This document shows positions 38,988-50,957 of a stretch of DNA of 64,000 nucleotides, piece by piece. The first letter of the stretch is position 1. Each line of letters starts with the position of its first letter. This stretch comes from Pocillopora damicornis. Its lineage: Eukaryota. The stretch covers positions 372,001 to 436,000 of the forward strand of contig NW_020846655.1 in the NCBI RefSeq assembly GCF_003704095.1. Direction: 5' to 3'. Below the pieces are notes generated by a model. That model made no database searches and was not told the DNA's origin. It saw only the letters and a list, made by a program, of their open reading frames with translations. Both the position numbers and the translations under genes were made by a program.

Positions 38988-41900
38988 TCACTTCTTGAAG
39001 AAATCAGATATCATTCTCTGGTTGTTTGGTGTGGAACATTTCTTTTGATTTTTCGAGCTTGGTGATGGATGCTTTTCTCTGGGAGATAATAAACCTGCTT
39101 GACTTGAAGTTCGTTTGGTGGCCAAACCAGACGAGCACAATTTCGACTCTTCGAGGGGTGGCATGGGACGTTTGCTTTCAGACCCTTCGGACTCTGTTGT
39201 AGCAGATATGATTGTTTCAGATACCTTAACGTCATCATCTTTTTCAGAAGCCACCGTATCAAGTGAGTCCTTTTGAATGACAAGCGATTTTCTTAAAACG
39301 GAACTTTCATTCTTTTGTTTTTCTGGTGTTGTGGGAACTTTTGAGCAGAACCGTAACATGCCAGTGTTGGAGATCTTGCTTTTCCAATCGTACGCCATGT
39401 TTCCTATTTCCTTTGTCAAGTTCTTTGAGTTAATGATTGGCTAAAAGCGAACATGAATAGATTTGTCACCTGAAAAGCTCTGCAAATTTTGCCCCACATG
39501 TACTCGTTTTCAAATCATCTAGCCTAAATGGGTGTTTTACTTTAGTAAAAAGAGGCCAATTTCATCGAAAAGTTAGTGTTTCCTCAGGCAGGTCACAACC
39601 GAGATATTAGACATAAAATAAACTTTACAGGAGAAAAAATAGAAAAAATGACTTCAAACACAAATTTCTCTTCGAAAGCTTCTGACCCTACCTGATCTTC
39701 ATGATCTGTTCCCCACATAAAATAAATTGGTCCTTGTATTGAATTCTGCAATTCAGGCGAGCGTAAGCGCTTTCCCCAACTGTGGATAGAAAAAAAGAGT
39801 TACTGATCGAGAGGGAGTTATAAGTGAAGTCCCCACCTCCCTTGTTAAGGCAAATGCGAGACAGTTTGTCTCCCCAAACCGTGAGACCCGGGAGCTGATC
39901 AGGCTTCTGTTAAGGGTGAAACGTTGAAAAAACAGAGCTAAAAAAAATGTAGGTGGAATGAAAAGAGGAAGATGAATTGGTCCACTGCTGGGCGTTAAAA
40001 CACTCACGTAAACAACTTTGATATCAAACATAGGACTACCATAACAAGCAAGACTCGTAAATACATTGACAAAGAAAGATAACAACTGCTCCTACAAACC
40101 TCTTGATCTCCTCTTCACTTAAGACCCGTTGTTTCCCAACTCTGCGATGCACGCGGACATAAGCAAAGTCACATGACCCAAGCGCCATGATAATCGGTAC
40201 CACTCCTCCACAACCTGACTCCTGACAAAAGAACCAACTCTTTATCCTCTCAGACTAATTTTGATGTCCAATTTTTTATTTTTATTTTTACTCACCCTAA
40301 CAAGACTTAGTATGTTTAGGATGAACACAAAAGAGTGATGAAAGCTGAAAAATTTAACAATGATGGAAGCTAAGGGAAAATTTTTTCTTTTTCAGCGTTG
40401 GTAGTAAAATCAGTGGAACAATAAAATAATGACTCCATATAAGAATCAATCAAACAGTTATATAGAAAACATAATATGCGTCCTTGTAAAGTAAACGTTC
40501 TTTAAGACGTATAATCATCAAACTTGATATGTTCATGTTACTTGTAAAATGTACATAAGCCTACAGGCCCACAACTGCCTGATTTCATTACAACTTGTTC
40601 CTGTTTGAATAGCATGAAGCCAATAGAGGGTGTAGGGAGTGAAAGTACTTAGCCACTAACCCCCACCCCTCCCCTCTGCTGGATGTGAAGAAGGTCTATT
40701 ACGGCTAAACCCTTTCCAAAAGGCTTCTGACAGCTTCCAAGTATTCATTTGTACTCCAGGGTGCCCAAGTAAATAAGTAAGTAGGTAGATGTTCCAGCAG
40801 TATATTAACAATTACTCAAAAAAGTTGGGTAAATAGTTGTGGATATTTACCAAGCCACAAAACAGCAAGATAAATATCCACCACTTTCACCAACACTGAG
40901 GTGTTTTTTTTTAGCATAAACCACACAGATGGTGGGAAATTAAACTCTTGATGGGCAATTTTGATAGTACTTTCTACTCAATTCCAAACCAGCCATTCAA
41001 TGCACCCTAAAAGCACTACTTGCCTGTATGGTATGTATTAAATCATAATTTGTAATGCTAATCTAACATAAGTGTATCCTGAAAAAGTGTAGCTATGATC
41101 AAAGGGATTTGACTGTCAAGATAAATGAAAGTACCTTCCCTTGTCCTTCTGCTGATTTGTTCTTTTCAACATAGAGCTGTAAACAAATTGGACATGGAAT
41201 TTCAGAATTGATAAATGAACTCATTTTATGATACATTCCCAAAACCATCCAGCAAAGTTGGAACTAAAAACTGAGATTTCTATTGTGTCAAAGGTAGTTG
41301 TCATGACTACACCTGCTTGAACAATTGTCTGAATATTTTCAGTTTCCCAATACAAATAGAAAGGATGGAGGATAAAACTAGGAAAAAGTGCACAGCTATA
41401 GAGGGCTGCAATAAGTGGTCACCAAAAATATTCAGAATATAGAGCAGAGGAAGAAATTTACAAATATGACCAATTTGTAACTTAAATATCATCTAAATAG
41501 AACATAAACAGTAATTAACAAGCAAAATTTTGAGGTAGGTTAAGAATAAGAGAACCCCTAAAAGTGATTACAAAATGCTTCTCTAACCTCACTTTGCAGT
41601 TCATCAGCAACCACCAGAACTTATATGAAAAATAATCACAAAAAATAATTGATCTTTTATAAAAATGCACTGTTACAATATATAGTCATGTAGAGTCTAC
41701 ACCTGAACAAAGTTCTAGCACACAAACTGCTGGAGCATGTCTTGGTTTCCATAGCATAAAGAGGAATCATAGAAGTATGGGTGTGTCCCTTAGATGGGGC
41801 ACTTGTCAATCCCAAATTACTCTTTGTATCTACCCATGTTTGAACTGTGGCAATTCTTTGACACTCACTTCTGGGATTTTTCAAGAAATATATAAGCAGG

Positions 41901-44802
41901 AAAACAATGTAACATAAAAGGAAAGTACTCTCTACCTCTGAATAAAAAGCAATTCAGGCCATCAAACTCTTATGAAAGAATTTTATGATTTGTGATCTGT
42001 CATTCATATTCATGGATGGTGAGGGGCTCTTGTGAAAGTTTAGTGTCATACCTTTGTACAATACACTTTAGCCCCACCTAGAAACTCAGGAACTTTTAAT
42101 CTTTTAATCTTTTCCTTCTAAGGAAGGTGTTGTATTACAGGCATGATAACATCTCAAAAGTAATCCCATTTGCCTCAGTTCTGGAGCAAAAATTTAGCCT
42201 CTAGCATTCTTCTAATTTTCTTATTCCAAATTACAAGTTGCTGTACTCACCAATATTGTGCTGTTTCAACCAGTCCAGGGTTGTATGTAAATTCTCAGTT
42301 GTAAACCAAACTCTTGAGCGAAATTCTACAGCCATATGATAATTCACACCCAGAAATTTTCTACACTCCATAATGTGCTCCTTATTTTCATTGGTAGGAT
42401 GAAAACCTAAGTGAAACTGAAGGATGCAGAGTGATTTTACAAAGAAACAAAGCGATAAATATGAGATTGATCAAGCCTTATTAGCTGTAAGCAGGCTCAA
42501 TTGGACAGCATACTCATTTCTCTTGTGCTTAGACAACAATGTTCTTGTTATGTCACCAGGTACACTTGACACCATTACGATGGTTTTCTGGTTTTTCCTC
42601 AAATCTTTTTCCTGGTTTTGATTAATTGTTAAAATTGATAACAGGGCTTAGCATATTCAATTCTGTTTGTAGTCATACTTTTCTTTGTGTTTCTTTAGCT
42701 ATATCTTTAGGCCCCCTTCACCTCAAAATAACAAACAGTATGACTTTGAGAATGTTTTTGAATTCATAATATAATTTTTTACTTTAGCAAGATTGGAAAG
42801 AAATTTAAAGAAATGGCTGTACATGTACATTAATGACATGTACATTAATTCAAAACCCTAACATGCATAATAAAGGAATATCTAGTAACAGAATAACTGG
42901 CTTTTGTAGATCATCATTTAAAATGCACATTCTACAACTAATCAAAATCAAGGAACATGAAGATATTACTTGGTGGATGCTTCATTTGTTAATTTACAAC
43001 AATTATCACCAGGTTACCTGGAAAATGACAACTCCCAATTTGTTTTTCTGATAAGCAGGTAGAATAGCAGAGTTGAATCTGTCCCAGAGCTTCTGTTTTT
43101 GCAGTAAACTTAATTCCTCCCAGGTGATTGACATTTGTCCTCTAATGACATTCTGTGGAAGCTCATCTCTGACAACATGTGGTAGTGCTGACACAGAGAT
43201 TGACTGAAAAACCAGAGCAGTTTCAATCCCTCTAGTCTTTCTGAGAGGTTTAACCCTTAAACTCCCAACATCTGATTGTTAATTCTCTCCTCTAGCTGCC
43301 ATACAATTCTTAAAATAAATGGGACTTAGCAGCATACAGTTCAAGAGGTGACTCTTTTTCACTGTTTCCAGGTCAGAGTGGAATTTTAAAAAGTTAGTTT
43401 TTGCAGAGAGGGAAAAACTTAAAGACCTGGAGAAACACCCTGGAGCAAGGACAAGAAACAACAACAACAAACTCAACCAACATATAACACCAGGTCTGGG
43501 AATCAAATCTGGGCCACAGTGGTGGGAGGTGAGTGCTTTCACTACCACGCCATCCCTAATTCCCTGAATTCTTGTAAATTAGTTGTGATAACTTTGTGTT
43601 GGATCAGGATATCACCCTCTACCAAATAAGTTTGAGTATTCTTGGTACCTGTTTGCTGGATAATACATGGATATAAGGAAAAGTTACATGTTAACCACTT
43701 CAGGAAGTTAAAGGGTAAATATTAAAGCTCTCACTTGTTAGTTAATTTAGCAATATAGTCTCATGAGCTATAAATCTTTTACTATGTGAGTCAAGTCCTC
43801 TTAAGTCTTCACACACTATAAGCTCAAAAATGTAAGAGTTAAAATCCTTGTTCTGAAGTGTAAAGAGACTAGGAATGTATTTAATTCCTTTGAATAGAGA
43901 ACTGATGCACAGCAAGATCCAGAAGATTTGCCAGGAAACCCATCTATCCTTCTTGATAGAGTAATATACTGTAGGAGCCTAGTATCTTGCTCAAGAACCA
44001 AACCAAATAATTCCTTCTAAGTCTGAAATAAGAATTTTTCATTCAGAGTCTGAATATTGGATATTAGGCAACCATGTGACATGTGTCATTTCAAGTCAAG
44101 TACACTTGATGATGTTTTGTCTGGTGATCAGTATAACGAATTTGGGTCAAGAGTTCAACAGCATAAGCCCTAGCCCAGCTATTGTGTTATGTTACCAAAT
44201 AACTTGTATGACCTTTCAAAAAGATTATATAAATAACCTGTTTGAGGGGCAAACAATGTAGCTCAAGCTAAGGGGGACTAATAAGCCCCATGGTCTAGAG
44301 CACAGCCCCACCAGATACAAAATACAATCACATCAGGGGAAGTAAAAATACTGTCACAAAAACTCTTCTACCCAAGGTAATAAATTTGTTGGAAAAGAAT
44401 CACGACACTAGAGGCTTCCAATGCCCCTCGCTCCGCCTCCTCCACCCACCCAGTTGTAGTGATACCCCGCTGTGAAATTCATTATCATGTCCAACAGCTT
44501 ATAGCTGTAACTTCTATGGTAACTCTTACCTTCCTTGTAAATAATCCAAATGCTTTGAAGTGGAACTTGAAACCCGTCGGAACGCACTTGAGCCATTTTT
44601 CCACTCTCATTGGACTAGGAATCGCATAATTACTCGTGTCGCATTCAACACAAGGGAAAAATCTAGAATAATGCAGTAAACGGTCCTCTGTTGTCTTAAC
44701 TGAAGCTGGATAAAACCTTCCGCACTTCACAATCGACGAATCCGACCAACCACAAGTTCCCTGGAGAACTTTCCCCACGAGATCTGCACTATTCCCCGCC
44801 AT
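38988..44802 (-). CDS. DUF72 (YecE/UPF0759-family) protein with a disordered tail and C-terminal PIP box; exons 44802-44530, 43203-43018, 42416-42251, 41619-41588, 41176-41135, 40221-40100, 39779-39692, 39440-38988 (453 aa)
   Basis: DUF72-type motifs in order: QGTCGWS, RFYP, RLLHYSRFFPCVECDTSNYAIP, WLKCVPTGFKFHFKA, KLGVVIFQF, AVEFRSRVW, LVVAD, FAYVRVHRR. Eight exons join stop-free with consistent phases (1362 nt). Confidence 0.88.
43250..43719. mobile_element. TTAACCCTT-terminal MITE containing a tRNA-derived SINE (43312-43566, minus strand)
   Basis: Termini TTAACCCTTAAACTCCC ... GGAAGTTAAAGGGTAAA. The insert has an A-box-like GGGATGGCGTGGTAGTGAAAGCACTC and a B-box-like GATTTGATTCCC, and is flanked by an AATTCTT duplication (43305-43311 and 43567-43573). 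Confidence 0.75.
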
Positions 44803-45003
44803 TTTCTTGCTAGTACTTAGTCTCTATACTAGTCTCCCCTTAACGATTGCACCTGGAGCATTGGAAAGAAAATTGATTCCAATATGGTGGACGTGTCAAC
44901 ATATTTGGGTCTTTCGTGTCTACAAGTTATTGTGAAACGTTGTTCCCCAATATTCTGAAGTAAAACCCAGAAACATGGAGTTTTGTTATTGAATTATTCC
45001 CTG
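44803..45003. promoter_or_regulatory. Bidirectional promoter between the DUF72 gene and GORAB
   Basis: Divergent ATGs are 201 bp apart. YY1-like AAAATGGCGG (minus strand, overlapping the DUF72 ATG) and AATATGGTGGAC (plus strand, 44881). Confidence 0.7.
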
Positions 45004-48000
45004 ATGTCATCTTGGGCCGGATTCACAGACGAGGAGCTCCTCCGGCTAAGACAGACTGCAGGAGAAGATGGGACAGCTCTAGGAAGCCTTAGAAAGTCAG
45101 CGATAAACACTGCAAAACGACAACGACCTCGTGAGAAAGTACGATCAAGAGGTACATCTTCAGGGAAACTAGATTCCGGGAAGAAAGAAGGAAATGAAGA
45201 CCAGGGCGCGAGAGATTGCGCTCAGTTTGCGCCGCAGAACACAAGCTCCAAATCTTACAGTGGTCGCTCAACTTCGCGACTTGATTCCAGGGAAGAAGAA
45301 AAGGAAAATTCTTCTCCAGAGTGTGAAAGGCGGGGAAAAAGTGTAAGCCAAGTGAAAGAAAGGAATTCTCTCTCTGAAGAATCGTCTTTAGAGAACAAGT
45401 CTCTGAAGAACGCCAATGATCAACAAGGAAAAGCTTTCGAGGTGGATGATGGCCATCAAGAGCAAAGCGGTATACTTACGGATAAAGAGGTGGAAATCGA
45501 TCTCCCTAATATAATCGACGAGAATGATAGGTAGGATTAGGGAAAGGTATTATTAAAGTTTTATTTGATCAGTTTACTGTTTTAGTTGCTGTTGAGGGTA
45601 CTTGCCAGTTTGCGAACATTTGAACCCACATTCCATAATTGAAAGATTGGTCTCCTAGTGACACATTTAATTAAAAGTAATTTTACTTCTTTTGCCATTG
45701 AACGCACTTTATGCCTTGTATGTTCGTCTTGTTAACTGCTTTCAATAAGTGCTGGACATTTTAGATAACCTATACAGAAAATATGGTGAGTAATCAAGAA
45801 ATTGTTTTGGTTTTTACACAATACCTGTAAGTGCAGTACATTCAATTTGGCAGAGGTACATGAAAATTTTTCGAATGTGCAGTATTAACAAAAAAAAAGT
45901 TGGGACACTTTAATCAAAAGACCAAAGTGATAAAAAAATGATTTTTCCTCCTTTTTGTTTCATTTTACACTTGTAGCCTCCTCCTACCCCCAGGTTTTCC
46001 ATATTTTGTGCCAACAAAGCAACTCTTTGAGATGAAAGCACATGATGGGGGGGAATGGGGTGAAAGTCAATAAGGGGTGCACTTTGTCCAAAATGCAAAG
46101 CAATAGGTGTTACATCCCTCAATGCTTACTGCAGTTGTCAGACATCTGATAAAGTTTGCTTATTTCTAACAGTTTGTGACTAACTAAAGATGCTGCTTCC
46201 CAGTCAAGTCTATTTAGATTTTCTTGAAAAAATTAAGTTCTCTTTTTGAGCAATCACAGTCTCTGTATCCAAGTGAGGACCTATCCAAGAAGACAAATTA
46301 TTAAACATATATTAATCAAAATAAACCTATCAATACTTTTAATGACATGTGAAATTCTCTAAACCTTTTGCATAGAATACAAGCAATTGAATTGTCAGCT
46401 TTGGAAAAGATGCAAGAAAAACAGAAACAGATTGAACAGGAAAATAAAAGAAAGAAAGCAGCTCTACAGGAAACAATAAAGAAAAGGTATTCATTTACTA
46501 GTTCACAAATTCAAAAAAGGGCAAGTCAAACATATTGATTAATGATACTGTCTTTCCCTGATTAACTTTTAAAGGTTCGATTACAGGGGAATCAGTACAG
46601 GATAATAAGTGCCCCCATCAATTAAGCCTTCTTCCAATAAGCACCCCTCCTTTCAGCTGAAATTTTGAATGAGTTAAGTTAAGTTAAGGATTATATAGGT
46701 TTTAAGTCTGAGGGGAACATATTGTCGCATACAACAACAGGGTGAATATATCACATACAAAAATAGGAGAAAGCAGAGGGAATTTTCTAGACTGTGTAAT
46801 GATTATATTTTGTGGTGTGAAAAGTTTGCATGAACAGAGCACTCATCAAGGAGGTCATTCATCACAATGGTTTCATTTATTACCAGTAACTTTTCTTCAG
46901 TTGTGATTTGTGCCTCTCATGTTGTCTTATTTTGTTTATTTTTTGTTTGGTTAGATATCAGAAAACCCAAGCAGAAGCACACACTCTTAGTTTAGTTCAG
47001 AAAGAGTTGAGCCATCTTGACAGTCTACTGTCTGCTGATGTAGCTATTCTTCGAGACAAGATAGAGGAGAGCAGTAGAGATTTCCTTAGTGCACAGTAAG
47101 TGAATAAGCACACTAACCAGTCTAAGTTTGTCAAGATGTTTCACAATGAATTCTCAGTTTTACATAGCACTTTTTCTCTAAATTTTATAGGAGTAAATTG
47201 AAAAATGCCAATCTGAATTAACTGCAGCATTGGCAACAGATTTTGTATTTCGGCAGATTTCTAAGATGTTTTATTATTGACTCTTTAATCATCTCTCTGC
47301 CCCTAATGTCACTTCAATGAAGCGTTATCAAATTAGACAAGGGGACCAATCAAATTTAGCAGTTCCAATGGATAACATCTCATAAGATCACAGAAACATA
47401 CACAGTTGCTTAAATTTATTTAAATCAGGCATAAATTTGTTGCCATACTATTTTGTGTTCTACTTGTCTACCATCTTGAGTCTGACATTTGACAGTTCCT
47501 AAACATTTCCTCGCTCAAACAAAAGTTCACATTCTGTCTTTAACAGGACTCTTATTGAAAGTATATCAGTATCATTGACCTCAACTGCACTCAATCTTTG
47601 ACATGAAAGTCTGCTAAACAATTGTAAAAAGTTTAAATTTTTGATTGCCAAACATGACACGTGTCCACGCTTAGATGAAAACAGTGGTAATGTTCACAGC
47701 AGGACAAACTACTTGAAACTTTATTTTCAGAAAGAGGTACGAAAAGGCAGAAAAAGAGTTTGTGGAGGCGAAGATGGATTTACACAGAAAAACGGAAAGG
47801 AAAGATTTGCTAACAGAGCACCTGTATACCATTATTAGAGAAAATGAATTAAGAAAGGCAAAAAAACTCGAAGAACTCATGGTAAAGCTTAATGTCGGGA
47901 ACGATTTTGGCTTTTCAGCACAAAATGAGGGTGATGAAGCCATTATGGAACAGAACAATTCAGAAATTCCTGTACTATCAGAGGATAATGCGAGAAGAGA

Positions 48001-48148
48001 GATTCCAGAATCGAATTCAGGTTCGGCTTTACATCCATGTCATGCAGTGGAAGACAAAACTCCTATCGAACAGACTGAAGTTGACATGGCAAAACAGAAA
48101 ATGTTGTCTGAAGCGGTTTCAGAAAAAGAAGTTACAGTTCCGACCTGA
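45004..48148 (+). CDS. GORAB: RAB6-interacting golgin; exons 45004-45530, 46376-46486, 46955-47095, 47731-48148
   Basis: N-terminal WAGFTDEELLRLRQ motif. Coiled coil EQENKRKKAAL...KTQAEA...LDSLLSADVAILRDKIE...LLTEHLYTIIRENELRKAKKLEELM. Phases are consistent. Confidence 0.92.
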
Positions 48149-49259
48149 TTAAGCTTCCCTTTACTTTAGACAAACATTTCAAAAATTTAGGACCGGAAGT
48201 GACAATCATGACTCCAGGTGAACTACTTGGATATCGTGCTGGCTGACACTTCTTAGATACCGAGTGAACCTCATGAAATGCCAAAAAATCAGCAGAATTC
48301 GTTGGAAGACTTGATTTTATAGCTTAACTTCTCAATGGAACGTAGTTTTATATACTCCGCATTAGAGGAGTCATTCACCGTTCAGTTTTTTTAGCTGAAT
48401 CTCTTCTGGGAAATAAACGTTGTAAATTACTATAAGAGGCTTGCTTATTTACTCGAACGTAACACAGACCTGTCGAATTAGCCACGCCCTCCTTTCGACC
48501 CTCCCGCCTTATATGAGGGTCTCAGTGGTGTTAACCGTTAGGCATAAAACGGACAAAATTGAACAGTTTGCTTTAAAAGTCTTCACCCCTTTGAGATCCT
48601 CTTATTAGCGTCTTTGTTATCTTCCACTCAAATTATAAAATAGTCGACCAGTGGAAATCGTGTTAGACACTAAAAACAATCAAACTCGGTCATTTGAGTG
48701 TTCCTGCGCTTGAAGCACTTTGCTTGTTCCACTTTGAGTTTTCATTGGCGATTGAAAAAGTTAATCTTAGTTCTGTTTGGTTACTAGGATTACTTTGTGA
48801 AACCTCTCTATTAAAGCAATTTCAAGTGTGTGTTTAGTGTAAGTGTTGCTCCAGGAAACTCGCGCCACTTTCTTAATTAATCAGATTCAAGATATAAACC
48901 AATGGTGGCTTGGTAACTCGTGTTATCGTGTTTTATTTTGAGTTCTACTGGGGCTCTTTGTGATAATTTATTCCGATTGGTTGAAGTGATTACTTTGGTT
49001 TTGGTTTTACAATCGAAATGCGCTTCACATCCTGTAATAATTTGCAGTTATGAGACAACGAGGATGAATGTAAGTGGTCAGAGTGAGGGGAGATAAAGTC
49101 CAACAAGGTTTATCGTTCATGGTGAGAACTTGCTTCTTATTTCATTTCGTCCTCAACTGAAAGACGTAAACAAAGCGGCAGAAATTTTGTCCTGGTCAAT
49201 GTGTGACATTCATGAAATTTGCCATTTGTTGATTAATAACTAGGGATTCATAGGCAAAT

Positions 49260-50957
49260 TCATTTCCTACCCACTTCCTCATCGTTAAACACCCCGAGTG
49301 TTGATATCGACATAAACTGAATCCATTGATCGTCTTTTGAGGAAACCACGAGGGTGCCATCGGAGAACAGGGCTATATCCGTGGGGCGTCCATCGATGGG
49401 GAATGCCTCGAGAAAAGTTCCGTCGGGTTTGTACGTTTGAATAGAACTAGATCCCCAGTCACACACTAACAATATTCCCTCTCTTGGATCAAAAGTCATT
49501 CCTGTCGGTAAAACCAGACGACCATTGCCATTAATTTCGTCGTCTTTACTCCCAAAATGCCGAAGAAAATCGCCATACTCGTTGTAAACCATAATGCAGC
49601 CTTTTTCCATGTCTGTCACAAAGTAATGCTTGTCATGGTAAAGGACTTTGAAAGGGAACAACAAAGCCCCTTCGCCTGAGAACCCGAACCTCAAATCGGG
49701 TTTTCCGAAAGGCGTATCCGAGTGTACGATGATGCACGCTCGGTATTGTTTCGCCAAGGGTTCGCATGTGAGTAAAAATCGTCCATACCGATCAGTTGAA
49801 ACAAAACAGTATTTGACACCCCACTGTGAGCTACTTCTGTAACTCACTTTAAAGGTTCCGTCAATTGGGTTAATAAGATGTACGTCACGAGCACCGTTGA
49901 CGGTGATCAAGTCTTTTTTGTCCTTGGAAAAAGCAACACCTGAAAACATCATGGCAGGCTGGGGAGAGTTCGCTGGAGATGTAAATCTATTCACGAAATC
50001 ACCATTTCGATTCAAAATCAGAATATTGTTGTTCTCTGGATCAGCTACAGCCACCTGCTTGAGACCATCTGTCGTGATGCTTAAGGGTGAAAATGACTCG
50101 AAGCCAAAGTTTGAAGCAGTGATCTTACGCAGTGTTGTGAGTGATACTCTCATGAACTGCAGAGGGGTAGAGATTCCAATTTTCACTCCGCTCGGATCAC
50201 TCATGGATAATTCGCCGATGCCCTGACTTTCCATCCTTTGCAGAAAATCTTTGTTTGCGTCAAATGAAGCAGCAAATGAATTTAACTCGTTCATCTCTTT
50301 GTATAATTTGTCCTCTGGGCTATTGTGCGCCAAGGAAGCTAGAGTGGTTTTCATCTTTGAAATTTCCCCATCGTTCTTCCCATCGTAAGTGTTCAAAGAA
50401 ACATTAACGTGAGCTTGTACCCTCTGTTTGAAAGCTTCCGTATTTTCTTCAAGGCGGCTGAAGACGCTGTCTTGTTGAGAGATAAACTCTTCCACTCTGC
50501 TGATCAACTCTGTTTCGCTTAGCCTTGTCTTTCTGACAATCTCATCAGCCATTTTGTGAATTTCTTCTTTTATAGACTCTCCATGTTCGAATTTTCTTTG
50601 TCGACTCAATTTTAGTTCCTTCATCAATTCATCCAAAATTTCCACCTTTGTTACGCATGCTTGAATCCCCTTGGAAAGCTTCTCGCGTTCTTTTTGCGGC
50701 TCGGTTTGTTGTAAAAGTTTCACCAGGAACACGTTTGTCTGTAAATCATCAAGGTCATCCTCACGAATAAAAGATTTTTGTCGACACGTAGGGCATTGTA
50801 TGTAGGCCGGTTTCGCTCGCATTATAATATTTTTTAGACACTGTCGACATACGTTGTGATTGCAAGTAGGCAGAACTTTCGGATCTTGAAACTCTTCTAA
50901 ACAGACCGGACAACAGTAATCATAAAAATCCGTATCCTTATACTCGCTGGAAGCCAT
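49260..50957 (-). CDS. RING-HC / coiled-coil / NHL-repeat E3 ligase (TRIM-NHL-like, no B-box), single exon, 565 aa
   Basis: CPVCLEEFQDPKVLPTCNHNVCRQC...CPTCR RING; helical middle region; repeats such as FSPLSITTD..VAVADPENNNILI and LVLPTGMTFD..LLVCDWGSSSIQ. Confidence 0.88.
   Translation of the reverse strand: MASSEYKDTDFYDYCCPVCLEEFQDPKVLPTCNHNVCRQCLKNIIMRAKPAYIQCPTCRQKSFIREDDLDDLQTNVFLVKLLQQTEPQKEREKLSKGIQACVTKVEILDELMKELKLSRQRKFEHGESIKEEIHKMADEIVRKTRLSETELISRVEEFISQQDSVFSRLEENTEAFKQRVQAHVNVSLNTYDGKNDGEISKMKTTLASLAHNSPEDKLYKEMNELNSFAASFDANKDFLQRMESQGIGELSMSDPSGVKIGISTPLQFMRVSLTTLRKITASNFGFESFSPLSITTDGLKQVAVADPENNNILILNRNGDFVNRFTSPANSPQPAMMFSGVAFSKDKKDLITVNGARDVHLINPIDGTFKVSYRSSSQWGVKYCFVSTDRYGRFLLTCEPLAKQYRACIIVHSDTPFGKPDLRFGFSGEGALLFPFKVLYHDKHYFVTDMEKGCIMVYNEYGDFLRHFGSKDDEINGNGRLVLPTGMTFDPREGILLVCDWGSSSIQTYKPDGTFLEAFPIDGRPTDIALFSDGTLVVSSKDDQWIQFMSISTLGVFNDEEVGRK

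Noticed and set aside
38988-44802. Bacterial contamination as the explanation for DUF72
   Set aside because: The gene has seven spliceosomal introns with host repeats, and gap-free sequence continuous with GORAB and CHST.
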